A stretch of 64,000 nt of DNA from an uncultured delta proteobacterium (GTDB lineage: Bacteria > Desulfobacterota > Desulfobacteria > Desulfobacterales > Desulfatirhabdiaceae): the NCBI GenBank assembly GCA_963789395.1, contig CAWBKP010000025.1:32001-96000 (forward strand). Direction: 5' to 3'. A program made the translations under genes and the position numbers. Every line of letters starts with the position of its first letter. Position 1 is the stretch's first letter. Of the stretch, positions 54,160 through 64,000 are shown piece by piece. The notes beneath the pieces are model-generated. The model was given only the letters and a program-made list of their open reading frames with translations, made no database searches and was not told the origin of the DNA.

Positions 54160-54179
54160 AAAATCGGGAGCCCGATTTT
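54160..54179. promoter_or_regulatory. Inverted-repeat operator candidate in the divergent promoter region
   Basis: AAAATCGGG-AG-CCCGATTTT between a minus-strand TTGACA (54103-54108) and a plus-strand TTGAAA-N17-TATGCG (54212-54240). Confidence 0.45.
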
Positions 54180-54324
54180 ATTGTTTCAGAGCAGCATCGG
54201 GTTTATTGTTCTTGAAAGTCATCGGCGATTTTGGTATGCGTGCAAAGATAAAATATGTCTCCCATCTTCAAACAACCCGGCTTGTATGAGCCGATAATGC
54301 GTCCGTACCGAAAGGGACTTTGCC

Positions 54325-56398
54325 ATGTCAGAGAAAACCATCTTCAGTATCTGCGGTATGTGTTCCGTGCACTGCCCTGTTCAGGTGAATGTTCAAAATG
54401 GTGAATGCAGATTTATTCAGGGAAATCCCCATGCTCCCGGTATCAATGGTGCTTTGTGCGCACGCGGAGCCGCCGGACTGGAACTGATAAAAGATGATCA
54501 GCGGCCGCAGTTTCCGATGATGCGAAAGGCAGGGCGCGGAGAAGGCAGCTGGATTCGGCTCTCCTGGGACGAGGCCCTGGATCGGGTGGCCGGAAGATCT
54601 CTGCAATTCAGTCCCAGTATGGCAAGGAAAGCCTGATGGGCTCGGATGGGGGCGGCTGTTTTTCAGATCTGTTTGCAGCCTTTATGCGCGGCATGGGCAC
54701 TCCCAATTACCATACAGCAAGTGCCAGCTGCGATATCAACGTGCATCATGCCGCCAAGTCGCTTTTTGGATTCGGTGCGGATGCGCTGGTTTTCGACTAC
54801 AGAAAGGCAAAATATGTCGTTCTTCAGACCCGCAACCTTTTTGAATCCATCGATGTCAAAGAAGTCAATGACCTGATGAGCGGCCTGGAGGCCGGGTGCA
54901 AGCTTGCGGTGATAGACATCCGGGCAACGATTTCCTCTGCCAAGGCAGACCGCTTTTTGCTGATCCGCCCCGGTACGGACTATGCGTTAAATCTTGCCGT
55001 GATCCACGTTTTGCTGAATCAGCAGCTCTTTGACGCCGGCTTTGCAGGGGAACGGATCAGCGATATCGAAGCCCTTCGCACGTTTGTAGCCCCCTATACG
55101 CCCCAGTGGGCGCAGGCCGAGACCGGTATTGCGGCTGATGCCATCGTCTCTCTGGTTCAGGAAATCGCCAAGGCCGCCCCTGCCGTTATCTGGCATCCGG
55201 GCAGAATGACGGCCCGCTACAAGGATTCGTTTTATGTCAGCCGCACGGCCTTTATCATCAATTCGCTGCTGGGGGCCATCGGCGCCAAAGGCGGGCTGGC
55301 CCTTGCCGCCACACCCGAGAGTGCCGGCAGAAACAGCCTGAAGAAACTGGTGGATCTGCTGCCGGAGCCAGGCGGGGTCCGCGCCGATGGCGTGGGCACA
55401 AGATACCCTGTTTTTGATCCGGAAAAAGGGCTGCTGCATCAGGCCTTTCAGGCCGTAAAGACCCAGAGCCCGTATCCGGTCAAGGCCTATATGTGCTTTG
55501 GCCATGATCCGCTGGCAGAGCATGCGGACCCTGTGGCATTAACAAGAATTCTGGACAATCTCGATCTTCTGGTCTGCGCAACGCCGTTCTGGTCCCAGAC
55601 GGCCTGGCATGCGGATATCGTGCTGCCGCTGTCCGCGTACCTGGAACAAGAGAGCATTCTGTTTCAGCAAAACGGCCTGAAGCCCGGCTTTTCGGCCCGG
55701 TTCCGCTGCGTGAACCCCAGACTGGACAGCCGCTCGGACTGGAGAATGATTACAGAGCTTTCCAAACGCCTTGGCATTGCCGCACTGTCTTTTAACAGCA
55801 TTGAGGACATCTGGCAGTATCAGCTTCAGGAGACCGGCGTGTCGATGGCAGACTTTACAGAAACCGGCCGGGTTGATCTGACGCAAAAGCCGGTTTATGA
55901 AAAGCTCGGCACGCTGGATACACAGAGCGGCAAGATTGAAATCATCAATTCCAAGTGGGAGAAGGCCGGCATTGCCTCCTTGCCGCCCTATGCCTCCCCC
56001 CCCGCAAAGCCCGGTCTTTACCGCCTTGCCATCGGCGGGTGCGCCATTCACGCAGCAGGCCAGACGATCAACAACCCCAGGCTCTTTTCCCAGATGCCGG
56101 AAAACGTGCTGTGGATGCATGCATCAACCGCCCGAGATAACGGCATCTCAGACGGAGACAGCGTTGTGGTCTCTGCAACGGATACAGCGCCACGATACCA
56201 GCAAGGCTCAGCCAGTTCATGCACCCTGAGGCCGTATTCATGGTGCACGGCTTTGGCCGGAGCATTCCGGCCGAATCCAGGGCCTGCGGCAAGGGGGTAT
56301 CGGATATTTCCCTGATGAGCGGCGGACTGGACCAGTGGGATCCGTCCGGGGGAGGACTGGCGTTTCAGGAGCATTTCGTGTCGGTCAAAAAGGCGTAA
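54325..56398 (+). CDS. Mo-bisPGD oxidoreductase alpha subunit (PsrA/PhsA-like), cytoplasmic; two frameshifts
   Basis: CGMCSVHC...CARG FS0 motif, WDEALD, IRPGTDYA, SQTAWHADIVLP, SGKIE, HPEAVFMVHGFG; no Tat signal. Confidence 0.88.
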
Positions 56399-56403
56399 GC
56401 GGG

Positions 56404-56472
56404 TTGAGGCGCGTGAAGGCGTGAAAGCGTCAGAGCGGAGCCATTTTGCAATATCATGCACTTTTGCGCTAT
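56404..56472. repeat. Octamer-periodic element, second copy
   Basis: GCGTGAAG GCGTGAAA GCGTCAGA GCGGAGCCATTTTGCAATATCATGCA; shares its core with the 28287 copy. Confidence 0.55.
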
Positions 56473-56736
56473 ACATCAAAGTTTGGTTGGCGGTTCATAC
56501 TGACAAACCGATGCGCTTTTAGTGGAAAGTATCAGGATTATTGATTGCATCCGTGCTAACCAAATGCGTAGAATATTTTATAACTATCTGTATTTAATCA
56601 TCAATCAATAAATTGAAGTTGATTAAATATGAAAATATTGTTCATTTGTTCTTGACAGGATAAACAGCATCAGTGTAAACGGACACAGTTTGTTTTTCAA
56701 AAACTTTCTTCCAATCCAAACAAGGGTGAAAATCTC

Positions 56737-57117
56737 ATGCAGTTTGACTGGTTGAACTTTGCAATCATTTTGTTTTTGTTTGCCGGACTTGCATTCGGCG
56801 GTCTTCCGGTTGTCCTCTCGTTGTTTTTATCCCCAAAAAGCAAAGCCAGCGACTTATCCCTTCCCTATGAATGCGGAATAAACCCCCTGGGGTCGGCGCG
56901 TGTGAATTTCGGCATCAATTATTATTTTTATGCGCTGCTGTTTCTTGCCTTTGACGTGGATGTCCTGTATCTGTTTCCGGTATCGGTTGTTTATGCAAAC
57001 AGCCCTGGCTGGACCCTGTTCTGGGAGCTGGCCGTCTTTCTGGGTATTCTTGGGCTTGCGGTGGTATATTTCTGGCGCAAAGGAGTGTTTACATGGCCAA
57101 GAAGGATTTCCTTCTAA
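56737..57117 (+). CDS. nuoA: NADH-quinone oxidoreductase subunit A
   Basis: YECG, YALLFLAFDVD, WRKGVFTW. Confidence 0.93.
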   Translation: MQFDWLNFAIILFLFAGLAFGGLPVVLSLFLSPKSKASDLSLPYECGINPLGSARVNFGINYYFYALLFLAFDVDVLYLFPVSVVYANSPGWTLFWELAVFLGILGLAVVYFWRKGVFTWPRRISF

Positions 57118-57126
57118 AACAGGCAG

Positions 57127-57633
57127 ATGACGGATACGGGTACGGATCCGCCGCTGATTCAGATTCAACCCGTTCAGCAGATCATGGATCTGTGCAGGTC
57201 CATGTCCTTGTGGCCCATGACGTTCGGGTTGGCATGTTGCGCTATTGAAATGATGGCTGTCGGCATGGCGAGATTTGATATTTCCAGATTCGGCGCAGAG
57301 GTATTCCGCCCGTCCCCCAGGCAGTCGGATTTGATGATTGTTGCCGGAACGGTTTCAAAAAAGATGGCGCCTGCCGTTGTCCGGCTGTATGAGCAGATGC
57401 CGGCTCCCAAATGGGTCATGGCGCTCGGCAATTGCGCCATATCCGGCGGTCCGTTCAGCTTTGAGGGGCAGTATGGCATCATTGAAGGCGTGGATCGTCT
57501 GATTCCCGTGGATGTCTATGTGCCGGGCTGTCCGCCCAGGCCCGAGGGATTGCTGGAAGGATTGTTCGAGCTTCAAAAGAAACTGACTGGCCGTCGCTGG
57601 TGGCCAGAACCCAAAGAACATTACCGTATATGA
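57127..57633 (+). CDS. nuoB: NADH-quinone oxidoreductase subunit B
   Basis: [29 protein letters not shown]. Confidence 0.95.
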   Translation: MTDTGTDPPLIQIQPVQQIMDLCRSMSLWPMTFGLACCAIEMMAVGMARFDISRFGAEVFRPSPRQSDLMIVAGTVSKKMAPAVVRLYEQMPAPKWVMALGNCAISGGPFSFEGQYGIIEGVDRLIPVDVYVPGCPPRPEGLLEGLFELQKKLTGRRWWPEPKEHYRI

Positions 57634-58131
57634 AAACGCAACTTACGAATCGCTCACTTCCTGAGGTCTTATCCGGCTTCGAAGTCCGGGGAAAAGCAGC
57701 TTCCGATTATGCGCAAAACCGGGTTTTATGCCGGGATGTTTATCGAAAAATCACATCTGCTGAATGTTGCGGCCCTTCTTTTTGAAAATGGATATTTTCT
57801 TGAAGATGTCTCGGGCGTCGATGTTCAGGAGGGAATTCTTGTGGTGTATCATTTCGACCGGTATGACCGGTCCGAACGGCTGACTGTTCGGGTGCTGACG
57901 TCCCATGATGCGCCGTCGGTTCCGTCCATAGTTTCCGTTTTCAGCGGTGCGGACTGGCACGAGCGGGAATGCTTTGATTTTTTTGGTGTCGTTTTTGAAA
58001 ACCATCCGAATCTGAAACCGCTTCTTCTTCCCGATGATCTTGGTGTGCATCCACTGTTAAAAGAAAAAAACCGACAGTCGCTTTATGCAGTGTTGCCATT
58101 TGATCAACTGGTTGACGGCAATTTTTCATAA
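57630..58131 (+). CDS. nuoC: NADH-quinone oxidoreductase subunit C (frameshift near 57715)
   Basis: [21 protein letters not shown]...HPLLK. Confidence 0.9.
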
Positions 58132-58362
58132 CAGCCGCTGAAAACGACAAGGGGCAAGGTGTGATATCATCCCTGATTCTCCCTCTCTGCACAGGTGTGC
58201 GCCGAGAGGACCCTTGTGACATCTCGGAGGCGAAGGCGGGAGGCGGTTTGCAGCCGGTTTCCGCAAGACCGATAAACGTGTGTTATTTTGACCGGCAGGT
58301 TTATTCATTATCACGATTTCGGACTGCTAACATTAAGCAAAAGGCATACCCGGAAGGATCCC

Positions 58363-58837
58363 ATGAAGAGTCAATTACTCCATTATCCAAGATAAAGAAC
58401 GATGTATCGGTTGTCTGAGCTGCGAGGTTTATTGCCTGCAGAACAAGCAGCTCTCGGAAGGCCCCCGGCTGTGTGAAATTGTCGTGCTGGGCAAACGAAA
58501 ACTCAGTGGCATTCCCCGCGAAGCCTACGTTTACATGTCCTGTTTTCACTGTGAAAACCCGGCCTGTGTCGCTGCTTGCCCGACCGGCGCCATGAAAAAG
58601 CGTGAATCCGACGGGATTGTTTATGTGGATTTTGATCGCTGCATCGGATGCAAGGCCTGTATGGTGGCATGTCCCTGGGGGGCGGTGCAGTGGAATTCCG
58701 AAGCTCAGAAAGTCGTCAAATGCGATTATTGCAAGGATCGTGTGGATCAGGGTCTAAAGCCGGCCTGCGTAACGGTTTGCTCAACCGGATGTCTGAGCTT
58801 CAAGGAGCTGAGCGGCAGCGACTCGGATTCGGATTAG
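58363..58837 (+). CDS. 4x[4Fe-4S] beta-type subunit, paralog of 53501-54013 (indel just after the start)
   Basis: CIGCLSCEVYC upstream of the listed ORF, CFHCENPACVAACP, CIGCKACMVACP, KCDYC...PACVTVC. Confidence 0.88.
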
Positions 58838-58920
58838 TTGCTTTGACGACCCATGGTGCCCTTTTGTACAGAATGAAGGGCAACCCAACATCTTTTGATT
58901 ACCATCCAGCCTAAGGAGGC

Positions 58921-59435
58921 ATGAATGTCGGGGACAGCGTGTGCGTGCCAGGAGAGACTGCAGGGAAATCGAAATCGATTACAGTCTTCTGGATAAAATC
59001 ATTCGTGATGATTACGGCGGAAACAAGGAAGCCATGATCATGATGATGCAGGCAATTCAACAGGTTTACCGCTTTTTACCGGAAGCTGCCGTGAAGTACT
59101 TGTCCCAGGTGATCGAGGTTCCGATTACCAAGATTTATGAAGTGGCCACGTTTTACGCCTCATTCAGTCTTGAACCCAAGGGAAAGTACATTCTCAGCGT
59201 GTGTACGGGCACGGCCTGCCATTTGAGAGGAAGCGGCGGCCTGACAGAGCACATCTCCAAACGGCTGGGAATCACTCCCGGCAAAACGACTCCGGATATG
59301 AAACTGACCCTGGAAACAGTCAACTGCGTCGGCGCCTGCGCTGTGGCACCGGTTGTGGTTATTGATGAGAAGTGTTACCCCAAGGCAGATATCGCCACGC
59401 TAAACGATTTCATGGATCGTCTGAATGCGGAATAA
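58921..59435 (+). CDS. nuoE: NuoE/HydC-like [2Fe-2S] subunit (indel near 58965)
   Basis: AGGAGG-ATG at 58921; VATFY, CTGTACHLRG, NCVGACAVAP. Confidence 0.9.
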
Positions 59436-59447
59436 GGGAATGATGAT

Positions 59448-61348
59448 ATGATCGAAGCAACTCAAACCGCAACTCCCCCTGAGGTTAAAAAAATTACGAG
59501 CCCTGACGGTCTGGAACTTTTCCGGCAGGAACTTCAGAGCAAGCATGACCCGAATGCACCGCTGATCCTGGTCTGCTCCGGCACCGGATGCCGGGCGGCC
59601 GGCAGCGCCGCAGTCGTGGATAAATTCAAGCAGGTGCTCTCCGGAACCGGATGGAACGGAAAAGTCGTTCCGCTGGCCAAGCCCACCGGGTGTCATGGGC
59701 TGTGTTCCCGGGGCCCCCTGGTGGTCATCGAGCCGGGGAACCTGTTTTATCAGCGGGTCACGGTGGATGATGTCGAGGACATCGTCAATAAAACGATTAT
59801 GAACAATGAAGTCATAAAAAAACTTCAATACAAGCCGGCAAACTCCAAGGAAGTCATTGCCAAAGCCAGCGACATTCCCTATTATGCCAAGCAGACCCGC
59901 CTGGTCTTAAAGAATATCGGCAAAGTGGATCCCACCGATATCAATGACTCCATCCTCCGCGGCAGTTATTCGGCGCTGGCCAAGGTCCTGACCCGAATGT
60001 CGCCGCAGGATGTGATCAACGAAGTCGCCAATTCCAAGCTCAGGGGCCGCGGCGGGGCCGGATTCCCCACGGGACTCAAGTGGGAATCCTGCGCCAAGCA
60101 GGAAGGTATCCGTTATGTCATCTGCAACGCGGATGAAGGAGATCCCGGAGCATTCATGGACGGGGCGCTTCTTGAGGGAGATCCCCATAGCGTTCTGGAG
60201 GGCATGGCCATCTGCGCGTATGCCGTCGGGTCCAACCGCGGATACATGTATGTGCGGGCGGAATATCCGCATGGCCGTGAAAACACTGAGAACCGCCATT
60301 CCGTCAGGCAGAGGCCCTCGGCCTTCTGGGTGAAAACATCATGGGAACCGGATTTGATTTCAAGGTGACCATATCGACCGGCGCCGGCGCATTTGTCTGC
60401 GGCGAATCCTCCGCCCTGATGGCGTCCCTGGAAGGAAAAGTCGGCAGACCCCGGCCAAAATACATCCGATCCGTTGAAAAAGGGTTCCGGGACAGCCCCT
60501 CGAATCTCAACAACGTGGAAACCTACGCCAATATTCCGGACATCATCACCAACGGCGGCGACTGGTATAAGTCTTACGGCACGGAACGATCCTCCGGAAC
60601 CAAGGTGTTTGCCCTGACCGGCAATGTCAACAACATCGGCCTGGTTGAAGTTCCCATGGGCATCTCGCTGATGGAAATCGTTTTCGGCATCGGCGGGGGC
60701 ATTCCCAATAAACGGTCATTAAAAGGCGTGCAGACCGGCGGGCCTTCGGGCGGATGCATTCCCATTCCGCATCAGATTCCCGACATCAACGTGGGCTATG
60801 GAAAACTGGCCGAAGTCGGATCCATCATGGGTTCCGGCGGCATGATCGTCATGGATGAAGACACCTGCATGGTCGAGGTGGCCCGGTATTTCGTCAACTT
60901 TCTGTTCGAGGAATCCTGCGGCCAGTGCACACCCTGCCGGGAAGGACTGATCCGGATGCTGGAAATACTGACCCGGATTACCCAGGGAGAGGGCAGGGAA
61001 GGCGATGTCGAGCTGCTGGAGGAAATCGGCAATTTCACCAATAATTTTTCGCTTTGCGGTCTCGGGACATCGGCGGCCAACCCGGTACTGTCCACGATCC
61101 GGTATTTCCGTGAAGAGTATAACGCCCATATCCGGGACAAGAAATGCCCGGCCGGCGTCTGCAAACCCCTGTTCCATTACGATATTGATGCGGAAACCTG
61201 CACCGGCTGCGGGGTCTGCAAGTCGAAATGTCCGGTTAAGGCCATTGCCGGGGAGAAGAAAAAGACACATGTCATTGATCAGTCTCTGTGCATCAAATGT
61301 ATGGAATGCTACAAGAGCTGTAAATTCAGAAGCGTCAAAATCATGTGA
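59448..61348 (+). CDS. nuoF: NuoF/HydB-like FMN/NADH subunit with N-terminal [2Fe-2S] and C-terminal 2x[4Fe-4S] (frameshifts near 60270-60310)
   Basis: CSGTGC...GCHGLC, GRGGAGFPTG, NADEGDPGAFMD, GGPSGG, CGQCTPC, HIRDKKCPAGVC, CTGCGVC...CIKCMEC. Confidence 0.92.
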
Positions 61349-61390
61349 TTACGTTTTAATTTGTCATCATTTCGTTAAAGGACACCCCCG

Positions 61391-62208
61391 ATGAAAGTCC
61401 TCAACATTGTATTAAACGGTAAAACAGTTACCGCAAAGATGGGCCAGACCATTCTGGAGCTGGCAAGGGAACACGACGTCTTTATCCCGACGCTTTGCGA
61501 CAGTCCTGCGCTTGAGGCCGCAGCCATGTGCCGGCTATGCACCGTGCAGGTCATTGAAGGCAAATGGCCGAAATTCGTGACCGCCTGCAATTTTCCGTTG
61601 CGACGGGATGCGGAAGTCGTGACCGATTCTCCGGAAGTCCGCCATGGCCGGAAACTGATTATCGAGCTTTTGATGGCCAGATGCCCGACATCCCCGGAAC
61701 TGCAGCGGCTGGCAGTTGATTACGGCTGCGACCTGGAGCGGTTCTCGCCCCTGAACGATGATTGCGTGGTCTGCGGTCTCTGCACCCGGGCCTGCGAGGC
61801 GGTGACCGGAAGGACACTGTCCCTGGCCGGCAGAGGCACGGCCATTCACGTGGATACCGCGTTTCAGAAAGCCTCGACGTACTGCATCGGCTGCGGCGCC
61901 TGTGTTCAGATCTGTCCGGTCCAGAAAATCTCCATGGAAGATGTGGACGGAGAGCGCCGGATTATCCTTCACGGGAAAATCGCATCCCGGGTTAAATTGC
62001 CCAAGTGCACATCCTGCGGAAAGTTTTACGGTCCCATTGATCGATCTGCAACAGGTGATGGAGCGCATGGGAGAGCATCTGATTCCGCCGCCGAATGTCA
62101 TCCGTGTGTCCGGAATGTTCCAGACGGAATCTGGCGATTAAACTGGGAAAACGATATTTCGAACAATACGGCGCTTTCGAAGAAGAAGGTCAGGCTGATG
62201 CTGGATAA
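61391..62208 (+). CDS. Short NuoG/HoxU-like Fe-S subunit with no catalytic domain (indels near 62035-62100)
   Basis: IPTLC...CRLC...TAC [2Fe-2S]; CVVCGLCTRAC, CIGCGACVQICP; CTSC...CPEC; a third frame ends [13 protein letters not shown] at 62208. Confidence 0.8.
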
Positions 62209-63364
62209 ACCCGCTTTTAATCTTAACGGCGATTATTATTCGTCCCGATTCTCAGAGCTTGGCAAGGGAGAAGGCGATACCCTGATTCTGAATCTGGGGC
62301 CTCAGCATCCTTCCACCCACGGCGTGCTTCGGGTCATCGTGGAACTGGACGGCGAATATGTCCGCAGGGCGGAACCGGTCCTGGGGTACATTCACCGGAT
62401 GCATGAGAAAATGGGCGAGGTCAAAACCTACGTTCAGTATCTGCCCAATATGGGACGGGTCGATTACCTGCATGCGCTGGCCTGGAACTGGGCCTATGTG
62501 GGTGCGGTTGAAAAGCTGATGGGGCTTGAGGTTCCCAGCCGTGCCGAATACATTCGGGTCATCACCTGCGAGCTGAACCGGATATCCTCACATCTGCTGT
62601 GGTGGGGCGCCTATGTGCTGGACCTTGGCGGATTTACGCCGATTCTGTACGCCTTCGACGACCGGGAAATCCTGATGGACATCCTTCAGATTCCAACCGG
62701 TTCCCGGCTGACCTATTGCTATTACCGGTTCGGCGGGGTTTCGGCGGATCTGACAGAGACGTTTCTGACCCAGACCCGCAATTTCATCGAGCGTTTTAAA
62801 ACCCGGATTCCCATGTATCACGACCTGGTTACCGGAAACATGATCCTGCGGGGAAGGTGCGAGGACATCGGTGCGCTGCCGGTTGAAATGGCCAGGCGCT
62901 ACGGGGCCACCGGGCCGGTGCTTCGGGGATCGGGCGTGGCCTACGATGTCCGCCGCATGGAACCCTACTCGGTTTACGACCAGTTCGAGTTTGATATCCC
63001 GGTCGGGAAAAACGGGGATGCCATGGATCGATACGATGTCCGGATGGCGGAACTGGAACAGAGCGTTCGGATCATCGAACAGGCCCTGAACCGGATTCCG
63101 GATGGCCCGTTTATCAATCCCGATGTTCCGGACCGCATCCTGCCGCCAAAAGGGGAAGTGTATTATGCGGTGGAAGGCGCGCGCGGAAAAATCGGCGTCT
63201 ATCTGGTCAGTGACGGGTCGGCCAGGCCATACCGCCTGAAACTGCGGGCGCCGGGGTATTCGAATCTTCATGTGTTTGCGGAACTCGCCCAGGGGACGAT
63301 TCTGGCGGATGCGGTTTCCATATTGGGAAGTCTTGACCTTGTGATACCGGAGATTGACAGATGA
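62198..63364 (+). CDS. nuoD: NADH-quinone oxidoreductase subunit D
   Basis: [43 protein letters not shown]; no Ni-binding CxxC pairs. Confidence 0.93.
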   Translation: MLDKPAFNLNGDYYSSRFSELGKGEGDTLILNLGPQHPSTHGVLRVIVELDGEYVRRAEPVLGYIHRMHEKMGEVKTYVQYLPNMGRVDYLHALAWNWAYVGAVEKLMGLEVPSRAEYIRVITCELNRISSHLLWWGAYVLDLGGFTPILYAFDDREILMDILQIPTGSRLTYCYYRFGGVSADLTETFLTQTRNFIERFKTRIPMYHDLVTGNMILRGRCEDIGALPVEMARRYGATGPVLRGSGVAYDVRRMEPYSVYDQFEFDIPVGKNGDAMDRYDVRMAELEQSVRIIEQALNRIPDGPFINPDVPDRILPPKGEVYYAVEGARGKIGVYLVSDGSARPYRLKLRAPGYSNLHVFAELAQGTILADAVSILGSLDLVIPEIDR

Positions 63365-64000
63365 CGCAAATTCTCCAACTCCTGATGCATCCACTGGTGC
63401 ATTTGCTGGTTGCGCTGATCGCCATTCTGACCTTTATCGCGCTGAACGGCCTGATACTGGTGTATGTGGAACGGAAAGTGGCCGGATTCATTCAACGAAG
63501 ACCCGGCCCGTTTGAAGTGGGTCCCCACGGGCTGTCTGCAGCCGCTTGCAGATGCCCTGAAACTGGTGGGAAAACAGCTTGTCATGCCAAGGGGTGCGGA
63601 CCGCATCCTGTTCTGGGCGGCCCCCCTGCTGTCCTTTGCTCCGGTTGCCATCTGCCTGCTTCCCATTCCGTTCGGCCCCCATCTGCTGGGACTGAACGTC
63701 AACCTGGGACTGTTGCTGGTGCTGGCGTTTTCCGGCTTGAATGTTCTGGCCCTGTGTCTGGCCGGCTGGGGCTCCAACAACAAATACGCGCTTACTGGGC
63801 GCGGCCCGTGCCGTGGCCCAGTCCGTTGCCTATGAAATTCCGCTGCTGCTTTCCGTTCTCTGCGTGGCGTTTACCAGCGGGTCCCTGAATTTTGTGGACA
63901 TCACGGCAGCGCAGACTAAAACATGGCATGCTGTCCTGGAACGTGTTTTCCCAGCCCTTGGCCTTTCTCATCTTTTTCGTGTCGGCTCTGGCGGAAACCA
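63361..64000 (+). CDS. nuoH: NADH-quinone oxidoreductase subunit H (frameshifted, runs off the window)
   Basis: [44 protein letters not shown]. Confidence 0.92.

Noticed and set aside
56590..56650. Rex or FNR site upstream of nuoA
   Set aside because: ATGAA-N7-TTCAT and the ATCAA...TTGAT arrangement do not fit the consensus spacing or orientation
54325..62208. Selenocysteine recoding in the redox genes
   Set aside because: The breaks I examined are frame changes, not in-frame TGA at Cys positions
57127..63364. Group 4 [NiFe] hydrogenase
   Set aside because: The large subunit lacks both Ni-binding CxxC motifs and the small subunit has the complex I tandem CC motif
61391..63364. Genuine NuoG-NuoD fusion protein
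   Set aside because: Alternative frames give a coherent Cys-containing C-terminus with a stop overlapping a separate nuoD start

Overview
Core chromosomal region of an anaerobic Desulfobacterota bacterium (Desulfobacterales-like gene content; taxonomy is inference). About 20 genes carry 1-bp indels, mostly in homopolymer runs, so the assembly is probably unpolished long-read and most apparent pseudogenes are likely artefacts. In order: a Mo-cofactor/aldehyde-oxidoreductase maturation cluster (histidine phosphatase, IclR, truncated Mo-binding gene, XdhC, MocA-HD, ModE-like) with palindromic ModE-type boxes; Grx-FTR; a non-pyrrolysine MttB behind znuACB; trxC/zraSR/sua5; glgP-glgA; class I fumarase; MBL hydrolase, YyaL and a DMT transporter; queEC; manA; rfbA; an ODP-type di-iron sensor coupled to a PP2C phosphatase; dapA; an RND pump; glyQS; beta-carbonic anhydrase; mfd-surA-recO-GHMP kinase; tRNA-Thr(CGT) followed by an accessory islet. 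The strongest candidate for a new system is at 52.4-64 kb. There a cytoplasmic Mo-bisPGD oxidoreductase-like subunit, two paralogous 4x[4Fe-4S] beta subunits and a complex I-like operon occur together, and a HydABC-type (bifurcating-like) NuoEFG' module is inserted between nuoC and nuoD. Intergenic regions hold several families of non-autonomous inverted-repeat elements (7-mer periodic, 8-mer periodic, REP-like), including one nested composite array.
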